Shown here: positions 7,918-16,680 of the stretch, in pieces
Layout: each line of letters begins with the position of its first letter
How positions within the stretch are numbered: the stretch's first letter is position 1
Assembly: GCA_049976845.1 (NCBI GenBank)
Contig: JBMFHL010000002.1
Coordinates: forward strand, 1-41,430
DNA: 41,430 nt
DNA from: Candidatus Micrarchaeia archaeon
Lineage (GTDB): Archaea; Micrarchaeota; Micrarchaeia; Micrarchaeales; CABMGC01
Reading direction: 5' to 3'
Made by a program: the position numbers and the translations under genes
The notes under the pieces: generated by a model
What the model saw: the letters and a program-made list of their open reading frames with translations, nothing else
Database searches by the model: none
What the model was told of the DNA's origin: nothing

Positions 7918-8967
7918 CTATATAACCCTTGTAAGAAGCGACATGAAATCCATGCGCTCGCCTATTGCCTGCGAGAAGTCAAGAACAAACGTGTTTACTA
8001 CGATAAAGTTTATCATGGGCAGGAAGAGCGCACCCACCATCGTGAATCCAAAGAGGTCAATTTCTCCATATAATACATTGACTACAGAATTTACTCCGCC
8101 AAGCAAAAAGTTTGATACGCTAGCTCCAATGTTGCTTGACAATATTGCGTTTAATCCAATATTGCTTTCCAATATGCCAAACGCATTGTTGAGGAAGCCG
8201 TATGTTATCACTATAAGCAATGGATATACAAAGCCGATGCCCACGCCTAGTGCAATCATAGAACCTCCAAAGCTTCTTGTGACTCCAAAGATCCTACTAA
8301 GAAGGCCTATCGAAAGAAATATTGCAAATATCAGAGGTGCAGCCGACACTATCATAAGCTGAAAGTCATTCATCAGGAAGAGCCACGTCATCGCTTCCAT
8401 TACATAGCTCATAAAGCTGCTTATTGGACCGAGTAGTGCGAATGCAATGCTACCGCCCAAACCTAAACCAACCACGCCTGGGATAAAATTCACCGTAACA
8501 CCAATTTTTGGCCCAAACGAGCTCGCTATGAAAAATTCGAAGAGCGCGTAGTTTACGCTTGATAATGCTACATTCGTAAACTGGTAAAGGTTGCAATCAG
8601 CAAGTTCATATAATGTTGTGGCGGTCTGGCAAGTTACAGTGGTGCTGCCGCTCGGTATGTTTGCAGTGGGCACAAGGTTGAGGCCATTTAGCATTGGCAC
8701 TGGATTGAAGCTGCACAGCCATGTTGAGAAGAATCCAAATGCTATTATAAGCGCGAGTGCGAAGAAAGTCTCGTAAATCTGTAGCTTTATCCCCTCGCGC
8801 ATGTCATTCCTTCCGATTAGTGGGCTTACCATGTATATTATTGCAAGAATCCCTATAATCATAAGCACGCCAGCTACTGCTATCGGTATCCACAGCGTGT
8901 AAGGCGCTGAAAGGAACGAGCTCACGCTACTTATGCAACTGTTCTGCAGCAATATCAATTCAAGCAA
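7918..8967 (-). CDS. Polytopic membrane protein, member 5 of six tandem paralogs
   Basis: TTG start at 8967-8965, 1 nt after the upstream stop, with an AGGTGA SD 6 nt upstream. N-terminal Cys (NSCIS) and W-x-P helix (LWIPIAVAGVLM). Family motif SRIFGVTRSFGGSMIALGVGIGFVYPLL. About 7 TM. Confidence 0.75.
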   Translation of the reverse strand: MLELILLQNSCISSVSSFLSAPYTLWIPIAVAGVLMIIGILAIIYMVSPLIGRNDMREGIKLQIYETFFALALIIAFGFFSTWLCSFNPVPMLNGLNLVPTANIPSGSTTVTCQTATTLYELADCNLYQFTNVALSSVNYALFEFFIASSFGPKIGVTVNFIPGVVGLGLGGSIAFALLGPISSFMSYVMEAMTWLFLMNDFQLMIVSAAPLIFAIFLSIGLLSRIFGVTRSFGGSMIALGVGIGFVYPLLIVITYGFLNNAFGILESNIGLNAILSSNIGASVSNFLLGGVNSVVNVLYGEIDLFGFTMVGALFLPMINFIVVNTFVLDFSQAIGERMDFMSLLTRVI

Positions 8968-8968
8968 T

Positions 8969-10102
8969 TCATATCACCTTCTTAAGCACATTGCTTCCAG
9001 TCAGCGACGGAGCACCAAGAAGGTCTCCGAAAGCCTCTACAATGTCTAAGCATATTATTAGCGATATTATTATTCCAATTACGTTTACAACGCTTACAGC
9101 TATAGTCTCCCCATAAGCCCCTATAATGCTTCCAAGAAATCCAGTAAGCAGCGTCCCAAAATCGCCGCTTTTTAGAGATGCAAGCGAATTCAAATTCGCG
9201 CCTGCGCTGAACCCGCTCTGCTGCGATGACATAGCAGTGCTTGCAGCCCCTGATATTGAAGCAGCTACTGATGCAAATGTATACAATAGTGCAGGGTAGA
9301 ACACATAGAATGCTATGAATAAGCCGAGCAATGCCCCTCCTATGGCCCTTGTCCAAGGGAAAGAGCGTAGTATTACACCGAGGAACAAGAAGAGAGGAAA
9401 CAAGAAGTATATTACCGCAAGGAGGAATGCGTTTGAAAGCTCTATGCCTGTTACCCCAACGACAACAAGCCCGAACGTATTGGTTGCCTGCGAAGCAGGG
9501 AAGATGCCTCTCATCGGCGCAAAAGAGATTCCAAAGCCGTTAGGAATGAGGTTTATTGTAAAGCTGCTTAAGCTTGTGAGTAAAAAGGACTCTATTGAAA
9601 ATTCTAATATATAGCCCACCTGCCCAACGGCATCGCTGTAATAATAACTACAGCTGTTGTAGAAAATGCCTTCTATGCTGGGCGTAGCAACTGTAGAGCC
9701 TGATATTGGGCTGCCCATCTGGGTTATCGCAACTACAGCCCCGTCTATGCCTGAAATGCCCCCAGCAATGAAAATTATTATTACGAAATTAAGCATGCTT
9801 TCCAGAGCTTCAGTCCTTGAGAACACTATTAGTTTGTCTATTTTGAAAGAGACCCCAATTACATAGAGCATGCTTATTATCATTAGCATTGCGAGTATTA
9901 TAAGAAGTGCATAGCTTATCAATCCTGTGTAAGTTGATACGCTCCTAAGCGCTGCAAATTCCCCTCCAATAGAAGTTGGGGTATTCATAAACATGCTCCC
10001 GCATGGATTTGTCGGAGAAGCGCTGCTTTGCGCACCAGCAATGCTTGGAAGCACAGCTAGCAACAAGATTGCAAATGCCACTATTTTATACTCAAGCTTC
10101 AT
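8969..10102 (-). CDS. Polytopic membrane protein, member 4 of six tandem paralogs
   Basis: Signal peptide MKLEYKIVAFAILLLAVLPSIAGA followed by NPCGS. Family motif LRSFPWTRAIGGALLGLFIAFYVFYPAL. C-terminal tail EAFGDLLGAPSLTGSNVLKKVI. 4-nt overlap with the upstream gene. Confidence 0.8.
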   Translation of the reverse strand: MKLEYKIVAFAILLLAVLPSIAGAQSSASPTNPCGSMFMNTPTSIGGEFAALRSVSTYTGLISYALLIILAMLMIISMLYVIGVSFKIDKLIVFSRTEALESMLNFVIIIFIAGGISGIDGAVVAITQMGSPISGSTVATPSIEGIFYNSCSYYYSDAVGQVGYILEFSIESFLLTSLSSFTINLIPNGFGISFAPMRGIFPASQATNTFGLVVVGVTGIELSNAFLLAVIYFLFPLFLFLGVILRSFPWTRAIGGALLGLFIAFYVFYPALLYTFASVAASISGAASTAMSSQQSGFSAGANLNSLASLKSGDFGTLLTGFLGSIIGAYGETIAVSVVNVIGIIISLIICLDIVEAFGDLLGAPSLTGSNVLKKVI

Positions 10103-11577
10103 ACAAGATTACCCAATCCTGCAAGGTTTGTGTCACCGCCAAGGAGCGAGGAGAGCCCCTTTATTGCCGTTATAAGTATAAGTATATTGAGCACTGGGAG
10201 TATATAACCAGTAACCCCTATTATACCGTATAAGTCTGTTAAGTGGAACACAAGCGCAAGTGCATTGTCTTGCGTGCATGCGGTTGGCATATACGGCAAG
10301 CTCCCAAATATGCCGCCTATGAATCCAAAGATGAAATCAATTGCGCCTGCCGCAGGAATGGCAAAGAATGCCGAGTCCTTCAGCTCTTCGACATAAAGAC
10401 CTCCAAAAGGCCAGCAGCCGTAATAATTTATTACATTGCTTACATTAGGGAATACATAGAAGTTTATGTCATTTGAATTGTAGACTACCTGTGCTCCTGT
10501 ATTGATGTTTTTTCCTGGCATGCTCAATATAGGTATGCTGTTGGAGTTAGCTCCTATAGGTATGAGGTTTGCCCCTCCTCCGTTGAGCGACGCATACTCC
10601 ATTAAGAAAATTATAGGGAATATTATGAGTGCGGCAATTACTATCGCGATCAGCGTTCCGCCTGCGCGCCTAGTATAAATGCTCGATTTCAGTATTATGC
10701 CTGCAGCAAGGAGATAAGGCCACGCAAAGAGAAATGTCAATATAATAAGCAGCTCTATCAAATATACATCAAATGCCAGATATGCTTCTACCTCTACAGG
10801 CTTCGTTATGCTCTTCAGCATCGCATACCCTGCGTACGGCGTATAAGAAAGGCTTATGCTTGTCAACCTCGGGTTAAATGGTATTATGCACAGCCAGCCA
10901 GTGAGCGGCGTCGCTTCATCAGCTACACAGAAGGTCGTTACAGGGGTAAGCGTGCTCAAAAATCCAATCATATCCTCGTATTGGTAAAAACCTTCAAGGT
11001 TCTGCGCCATCTGGCTTGTCAGGTTCGCAGTTATCACATAGCTTGCCATGAGGTCATAATCTGCATATCCAGTAATGTCTGAAAGGCCGTTGCCACTGCT
11101 TATGCTTGTGTATACATCATTTACCTCTGTGCATATAGTATTAGTTGGAGTAAAGGTAGAATATGATATGCTTCCAACATCAATGTTGATCTTATTGCTG
11201 TTGACCAAGTTAAGCGGGTTGTTCATCAACTGGTTGCACATATACTGCACGTTGTTGCCTATGCTGTTTGCAGCTATTGAGGTTACGCTGGCGCTGCCGA
11301 AGAAAGTAATAACTGCAATTACAATAACCGCTATAATTATAACTCCGATGACTTGATTCAGCTCCTCCACTGCCCTTGCCTTGACCTTGCTGTTATTCAA
11401 CACGCTGCCTGCAAAGTAAATCATTGCGACGATAAATATGCTTATTAGTATGGCAAGCATTAGTATGGGGGTCCAATTCTGGAATGTGCTATAGCTTGTC
11501 AATAAGCTGCTGCTCGCATTGGCTATTGTGGAGAATGCAACGAAGAAAGCAGCAATTAAAATTATTCTATTATTCAT
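10099..11577 (-). CDS. Polytopic membrane protein, member 3 of six tandem paralogs (largest, with extra extracytoplasmic insert)
   Basis: Signal IILIAAFFVAFSTIANA. W-x-P helix (NWTPILMLAILI). Roughly 170-aa insert with several Cys and N-x-S/T sequons. Family motif LKSSIYTRRAGGTLIAIVIAALIIFPII. C-terminal tail KGLSSLLGGDTNLAGLGNLV. Confidence 0.8.
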   Translation of the reverse strand: MNNRIILIAAFFVAFSTIANASSSLLTSYSTFQNWTPILMLAILISIFIVAMIYFAGSVLNNSKVKARAVEELNQVIGVIIIAVIVIAVITFFGSASVTSIAANSIGNNVQYMCNQLMNNPLNLVNSNKINIDVGSISYSTFTPTNTICTEVNDVYTSISSGNGLSDITGYADYDLMASYVITANLTSQMAQNLEGFYQYEDMIGFLSTLTPVTTFCVADEATPLTGWLCIIPFNPRLTSISLSYTPYAGYAMLKSITKPVEVEAYLAFDVYLIELLIILTFLFAWPYLLAAGIILKSSIYTRRAGGTLIAIVIAALIIFPIIFLMEYASLNGGGANLIPIGANSNSIPILSMPGKNINTGAQVVYNSNDINFYVFPNVSNVINYYGCWPFGGLYVEELKDSAFFAIPAAGAIDFIFGFIGGIFGSLPYMPTACTQDNALALVFHLTDLYGIIGVTGYILPVLNILILITAIKGLSSLLGGDTNLAGLGNLV

Positions 11578-11581
11578 ATCA

Positions 11582-12724
11582 TCAACCCCATATATTGCTT
11601 GTTCTTATACCTAAGCCCCTTGTTAAAGCCTTTGACAGGCCAAGTGCGAAGCCTACTGTAAGAGCAAGGTCCAAAGCTACAAGGAATACTCCCTGGAATA
11701 GATACTCAGAGACCTCCTGTGCTATTGCGCCTATAGAGGCAGGCGCAAGTAAAATGTCCTGGAAAGATAATCCGTTTGATAACATTGTACCGTAGAAATC
11801 AGCGGGTATCTGTATTGGAAATCCGAATACAGTGTAGCTAGGATTGGAATTAAACAATGTGCTTTCAGAAAGTTGCTGTGTTGAATAGGCAAAAGGGTAT
11901 TCGTAAAGGTAAGGATTGCATGTGCTTGCGCCACCACTGCAGTAAAGCCAATTCATGACATACGAATTCATGACGAATGTGAGGGGATAAATAAAATAGA
12001 AGGCTATCGCCAACGCCAAGAACGCATCTGCAGTTTCCCTGAGCTTAGGACCCACGAAGGAGAGGCTCCTCATTATTATGGCCAAGGGGAGCACAATAGT
12101 TAGCGCAATAGCCTTTACTATGAAGAGCATAAGGAACTGCAGGAAGAGCATTCCAAAGGAAACTATTACGAATATATTGTATGAGACTACAGCCCCTGCA
12201 TAAGAATCATATACAGTCTCGACGCCAGAAGACAGTCCTATGCTAAAGTTGAAGATAGAAATGCTCATTGTATGGGATAATAAGCTCATAACGAAGCCCC
12301 CAACGAACCTGGCTATAATTCCCGCAATCGTAAACTCTATTGATACAGTGTATATGTGTGTCACAAGGTTGAGGCCATTTACAAAGAGAAGATTTGCAAG
12401 ATAATACTGCGCCGCTGCAAACGTGTCCATGCCTGAAATGCTATTGCTTATGCTGCATGATGTTGCGGCAAATGCGGCTATGACAAATATTATAAACAAG
12501 CTCGTTATTACCTGCATTCCCTCAAATTTTGCTATTGTCTTTATCTTCTCCCTTGCAGAAGCCGGCATCAGGTTTGAGAGTGCGTACAGAATTCCAGCTA
12601 TGGCAAAGAAGACTAGTACGACAAGCATGTTTATGCCTATCCAGTTGTTTGTGTTAACCCCTCCGCCTCCAATGGCGCACGTGTTAAATGCAAGCATAAA
12701 CAAATCCATCATATCATCTAACAC
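11582..12724 (-). CDS. Polytopic membrane protein, member 2 of six tandem paralogs (divergent motif)
   Basis: N-terminal NTCAIGGGG and NWIGINMLVVLV helix. The motif region MRSLSFVGPKLRETADAFLALAIAFYFIYPLTF keeps R-S-x-x-F and Y-P but lacks the GG. C-terminal tail LSKALTRGLGIRTSNIWG. Overlaps the upstream gene by 11 nt; an internal ATG at 12712 is an alternative start. Confidence 0.75.
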   Translation of the reverse strand: MLDDMMDLFMLAFNTCAIGGGGVNTNNWIGINMLVVLVFFAIAGILYALSNLMPASAREKIKTIAKFEGMQVITSLFIIFVIAAFAATSCSISNSISGMDTFAAAQYYLANLLFVNGLNLVTHIYTVSIEFTIAGIIARFVGGFVMSLLSHTMSISIFNFSIGLSSGVETVYDSYAGAVVSYNIFVIVSFGMLFLQFLMLFIVKAIALTIVLPLAIIMRSLSFVGPKLRETADAFLALAIAFYFIYPLTFVMNSYVMNWLYCSGGASTCNPYLYEYPFAYSTQQLSESTLFNSNPSYTVFGFPIQIPADFYGTMLSNGLSFQDILLAPASIGAIAQEVSEYLFQGVFLVALDLALTVGFALGLSKALTRGLGIRTSNIWG

Positions 12725-13910
12725 CTAACTTGCTTCCAAGGTTCATCCTTATAGTACCTCCAAGTGCCTTTGCGATGCTATCTATAATTGGGTAAGCAAT
12801 CATAAGGTCAAATATAAAAAGCATGAACTGCGCGAAGAGGTATATGAATGCGGGCGTTGTTATGTTAAGGCCATCATAAATGTTTGTAGTTGCGCCAACA
12901 TATGTGCCAATAGAAGAAAAGGTGCCCACTATGCCTCCTGCAATAGATACAATGCCACATATAAATGTGCCTAATATGCCTGATCCGGGCAAGCTGCACG
13001 ATAATACTGATTGTGGAATCACCTGCTGGCTTATTATGTTATTTACTGGCATGTTAAATACTACTATAAGTGTTGGATAGACTATTGCAAGGCCGATGCC
13101 GAAGGCAAATAAAGTTCCGCCTATGCCTCGCAGGAATGGGAATGCCCTGAACAATATGCCCAAAGGCATAAGCACCATTAAGCCTATGAAAATTATGAGT
13201 GGCATTAAATAATACTGTGCAACTACCAATAGTCCCATAGGTATGAGCAGGAATTGCATGTCATCATTCAATGCAGATTCATACTGTCCAGTGAACCTGT
13301 CTGTTTCAAGCATTGGGTTGTTGTATATAGAAAATTGAGAGCCGAAAGTGAAGGCGCCTATTCCGATAGGTATCGGTATCCACCATCCTATAGTAATGGA
13401 TCTCATGAATCCTATGCCGAGGCTAAGTCCTACAAGATCCTCACTAGCCTGACTTATACTATAGGAAGGCTGATCCGGATTGTTTTGAAAGTATATATTG
13501 CACAGCACAGTGCTTGCAGATGTGCCGAGCGAAGTAATTGCAGAACTTATGCCTCCTTCATTCTGTATGCCCGGCTGGCCTATAAGCGCAAGGGAAATAT
13601 TGCTTAGAAATACCAATATGCCTATTGAGCCCGCGATGAGCATGAACGATTTGCTCGCCTCCCAGAACTCCCCTTTGAGCCACGAGTCAAGCTTTGTGCC
13701 TGGAATTGTCTTGCTTATTATGAAGCCTATTGCTATCACAAGGAACGAGAGCATGAAAGCGAGAGCGAATACTGAGAACAATGAGCTTATGCCTATGTTC
13801 ATTGCAGCTATAGAGGGCAATGCCTCGCATGTACTCTGTGCGAAAATGTTGCCAGAGCCTGCAAAAAGTAAAAGAGTTGCAAAGGCAATTGTTAAATTCC
13901 TGGCGCCCAT
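12714..13910 (-). CDS. Polytopic membrane protein, member 1 of six tandem paralogs
   Basis: Signal MGARNLTIAFATLLLFAGSGNIFA followed by QSTCEAL. Family motif FRAFPFLRGIGGTLFAFGIGLAIVYPTL. C-terminal tail DSIAKALGGTIRMNLGSKLGVR. About 8 TM. Confidence 0.8.
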   Translation of the reverse strand: MGARNLTIAFATLLLFAGSGNIFAQSTCEALPSIAAMNIGISSLFSVFALAFMLSFLVIAIGFIISKTIPGTKLDSWLKGEFWEASKSFMLIAGSIGILVFLSNISLALIGQPGIQNEGGISSAITSLGTSASTVLCNIYFQNNPDQPSYSISQASEDLVGLSLGIGFMRSITIGWWIPIPIGIGAFTFGSQFSIYNNPMLETDRFTGQYESALNDDMQFLLIPMGLLVVAQYYLMPLIIFIGLMVLMPLGILFRAFPFLRGIGGTLFAFGIGLAIVYPTLIVVFNMPVNNIISQQVIPQSVLSCSLPGSGILGTFICGIVSIAGGIVGTFSSIGTYVGATTNIYDGLNITTPAFIYLFAQFMLFIFDLMIAYPIIDSIAKALGGTIRMNLGSKLGVR

Positions 13911-13946
13911 GATATCAAATATATTAAGAAATAACAGATTAAATAT

Positions 13947-14678
13947 CTAATGCTTAAGGAGCGGAAATCTTTTCATATACGCCTCTGCCTGGAATATCAC
14001 GAAGTATGGCAATATAAACAAGGAGCTAAATAAAAGCATAGCATACCTCGAGTAGAAAGTGCCCAATGTGTATATGAAGAAAGCGTCAAAAAGCGTGAGG
14101 ACTAATATACCAAGCGCCAGCCATATTATGAAGTACTGGGGCTCCCTGAATATGAGTTTGGTGCTGTCTTTTATCGCCCTCCATATCTTCTTGTTGTCTA
14201 TCACTATGGCGCTCGGTGCATAGAATATAAATAGAAATGCCACGAAGCCGAATATAGATGTTACAATTCCCTGATAACCAATATAATATCCTATTATGTT
14301 GAATATTATAAGCAATGCAGCGTAGAATAAGAATACGATGAAAACCTTGCCGGTATACCTCTCTATACCCTCAAGCACGGACTTGGTTGTCTTTGCATAA
14401 GTCCTCTTCGATTTGACTATGAAAGATATTGCAACGAATGCGAAGCTCAAGAAAAGTAGGGAAAAGAACGAGGAAACCACAACAATGGCTATGCTCGCTA
14501 TATTCATATTCGTGAAGATGCTGGCAGTGCGCAGGAATGTTGATCCTGCAGTTATATAAGTAGGCATCGGTGCAAAAAGGGGTATTGCAAATGCTATTAT
14601 GAAAGGTATAGAAAACAGAAGGACAAGCTTGATATTTTCAACATAGGTCTCAAATGAGTTGTAAACTATATTCGCCAA
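13947..14678 (-). CDS. Six-TM integral membrane protein, hypothetical (first gene of the cluster)
   Basis: ORF track. The start is TTG at 14678-14676, with an AGGTG SD 5 nt upstream (aaggtgtttgcTTG on the minus strand). About six hydrophobic helices, no Cys, short basic loops. Family not recognised. Confidence 0.7.
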   Translation of the reverse strand: MANIVYNSFETYVENIKLVLLFSIPFIIAFAIPLFAPMPTYITAGSTFLRTASIFTNMNIASIAIVVVSSFFSLLFLSFAFVAISFIVKSKRTYAKTTKSVLEGIERYTGKVFIVFLFYAALLIIFNIIGYYIGYQGIVTSIFGFVAFLFIFYAPSAIVIDNKKIWRAIKDSTKLIFREPQYFIIWLALGILVLTLFDAFFIYTLGTFYSRYAMLLFSSLFILPYFVIFQAEAYMKRFPLLKH

Positions 14679-14736
14679 GCAAACACCTTAATCCCTTTTC
14701 TACATAACAACTAATATCAGCAATAATATCATTAAG

Positions 14737-14752
14737 TATAAAGCTATAAATT
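14737..14752 (-). promoter_or_regulatory. Putative TATA box / promoter for the membrane-protein operon
   Basis: The minus strand reads aatttatagctttata about 60-75 nt upstream of the TTG start at 14678, inside an 86-nt intergenic gap. This is the only sizeable gap upstream of the operon. Confidence 0.3.
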
Positions 14753-14764
14753 GTTATCTAAAAC

Positions 14765-16606
14765 CTATGCGCTGCTATTCCTTATCATGATAGGCTTGAA
14801 GAAATATATATAGCTGCCATTGTAGATTATCGCCTGCAAATATGTCATTTCATTTATTTTATTCATATTTATGACATAATGTCCAGTATAAGTGCCACTG
14901 CCATTCAGTATTATAATGTTTGGGCTAATAGTGTTGTTGCTTACATTTGCCAAAGCGCCATTCGTAAGCACAACGCCCCTTATGCCGTAAATAGCTGTTG
15001 AGCCATTGGTATAAGCGTCGATAAGCGTGTAGAAAGAATGCAGTTTTGAAGAGTAATCAAAAGTTACATTGTAAGTTATTTGTGTAGAGTTTGGCACCGT
15101 GTGCAGCGAATAGCTCTCGTTAAGTGCTGTTATTGAGAAACTTTTCATGTATATAAGGTGCATGAGCAAGATAAAAGCTATCATTGCAACTGCAATAGCA
15201 GCAATGGAAAACTCAAGTGCCCTTTTTTCTTTTTTTGTAATTTTGCGAGAGCCTTTCTTGTAGCTCATGTTCATGCTTATCAATAAGAAACCTATGAAGA
15301 ACGCATAGTACGGAGGGATTGCATGGTCAAGGAATGCAAAAGGGATGAGGCTGAAAAGTGCGGTAAGCCTCTTGTCATTAAAATATGCTAACATAAAAAG
15401 TGAAAGAAGTACCGCCAATCCAAAAAGGGTTGAAAAGGAATGCAAAGGTATCGGGTAAAACAGCGTCAATGCATAGCCTATAGGGGCATAGCTGTTTGGA
15501 AATATATATGAAGCTACGGGAAAAATTACATTATGCAGGAATGTGTGTGCATTTGCTATAATGAAAGGTGCATTGACTATTGCAAATACTAATATAGTAA
15601 GTGAAAGTTCCCTGAGTGCATTCCTGTAGCCGAAGTTAATAAAAGTATAAGAAATCAGTAACAGCACTGGTAGCCACAGCAGCTCCTGCATCGAGGCTGC
15701 AAGGCCCAGTGCAATCCAGCCGTATTTTTTGCCGGAAGTCGCATAGGCTATTACAAGCAACGCGAGCATTAGCGCCTGCACGGCCGAGCTCAATATTGCG
15801 AGGGCTATCAGTATGCCAACCGTTGCAGTAAATGAGAGCTTTTTCAAAACCTGGTCTTTTGCAAAATACCCTATTGAAAAGAAAAGTATGCACATACTTG
15901 CAAATATCTCAAGCTTCATCCCAGAATGCTTGAAGGCGCTGAAGCTGCTGTTCAGCGCAGCAAAGGGCACTCCAGAAATAGGATAAAGAGCAGGATAATC
16001 CAAAGTGCCAGCTATGCCATTTTCTGTGGTGAGCGTTACCGCAACGCTCGATAGCCTAGAAAACAGGAAGGAGCCATAATACTGCGCATAAGGATTTGAT
16101 AGATTTATAAGCGCCTTTGCAGAAAGGTACTGTATTACCACTTCATCGTCTGCACTCCAATACATTACAATATATGTGTAGTAGAATAAGAGCAGAACTA
16201 CCGCGAACGCAAAAAATATTATTGCAACAGTCTTTGCATTTCTAAACAGCTTCTTCTTGTATAAGAAGAATCCGAAGAAGACAAGGAAAATCACAGGCAT
16301 GTAGAAGAAGAACCAGATGAGCATGTTGTACAATATGCCAAAAGTGTTAGTAAGCGCCTTGGCTAAAGGCAAGTAGAAGAACTGTGCAACAACAAGGCAC
16401 AGTATTAATATTGGCATTACCTTGAGTGCCATATTCAAATTTCCGCCAAGCAGCAATACGACATAAGCTGAAAATACAGTGAAGGCGGCAAGAAACAATA
16501 TATTAACTATTGGGATATAGTAAAACAGCGGCAATATTGATATGCTAATTATAATTAGGAGTGAAGAAACGATAAGCAGGAAAAAATCAATATTGCTTAT
16601 TCGCAT
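14765..16606 (-). CDS. Large polytopic membrane protein with C-terminal extracytoplasmic domain; possible GT-C-type glycosyltransferase
   Basis: 613 aa with at least 12 hydrophobic helices. Acidic loop motif WSADDEVV after the first helices, the position where GT-C enzymes carry their catalytic Asp/Glu. A final TM is followed by a ~130-aa sequon-rich domain (NESYS, NSTQ, NVTF, NGST, NVSN, NGSG, NGSY). Family assignment is by architecture only. Confidence 0.65.
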   Translation of the reverse strand: MRISNIDFFLLIVSSLLIIISISILPLFYYIPIVNILFLAAFTVFSAYVVLLLGGNLNMALKVMPILILCLVVAQFFYLPLAKALTNTFGILYNMLIWFFFYMPVIFLVFFGFFLYKKKLFRNAKTVAIIFFAFAVVLLLFYYTYIVMYWSADDEVVIQYLSAKALINLSNPYAQYYGSFLFSRLSSVAVTLTTENGIAGTLDYPALYPISGVPFAALNSSFSAFKHSGMKLEIFASMCILFFSIGYFAKDQVLKKLSFTATVGILIALAILSSAVQALMLALLVIAYATSGKKYGWIALGLAASMQELLWLPVLLLISYTFINFGYRNALRELSLTILVFAIVNAPFIIANAHTFLHNVIFPVASYIFPNSYAPIGYALTLFYPIPLHSFSTLFGLAVLLSLFMLAYFNDKRLTALFSLIPFAFLDHAIPPYYAFFIGFLLISMNMSYKKGSRKITKKEKRALEFSIAAIAVAMIAFILLMHLIYMKSFSITALNESYSLHTVPNSTQITYNVTFDYSSKLHSFYTLIDAYTNGSTAIYGIRGVVLTNGALANVSNNTISPNIIILNGSGTYTGHYVINMNKINEMTYLQAIIYNGSYIYFFKPIMIRNSSA

Positions 16607-16630
16607 GCAATCTCATATGGATACAAAGGC

Positions 16631-16644
16631 AAAATATAAATAAA
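16631..16644 (-). promoter_or_regulatory. Putative TATA box for 14765..16606
   Basis: The minus strand reads tttatttatatttt, 25-38 nt upstream of the ATG at 16606. This spacing fits a leaderless transcript. Confidence 0.4.
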
Positions 16645-16650
16645 AGAAGC

Positions 16651-16675
16651 AAAAATGCAAATAAAAAAGAAAAAG
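16651..16675 (-). terminator. Oligo-T terminator tracts after the pilin-like gene
   Basis: On the minus strand, three T5-T6 runs (ctttttcttttttatttgcattttt) lie within about 30 nt downstream of the stop at 16683-16681. Archaeal termination typically uses oligo-T tracts. Confidence 0.5.
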
Positions 16676-16680
16676 AGAGT

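Noticed and set aside
8982-9356. Alternative-frame and antisense ORFs nested in longer genes (for example 8982..9356, 15636..15893, 20187..20540, 22207..22416, 22477..22800, 30102..30436, and the many + strand ORFs across 2536..13950)
   Set aside because: All are embedded in longer ORFs that have clear TM, domain or family signatures. Their translations are Arg/Cys/His-rich or low complexity. No independent start signals were seen.
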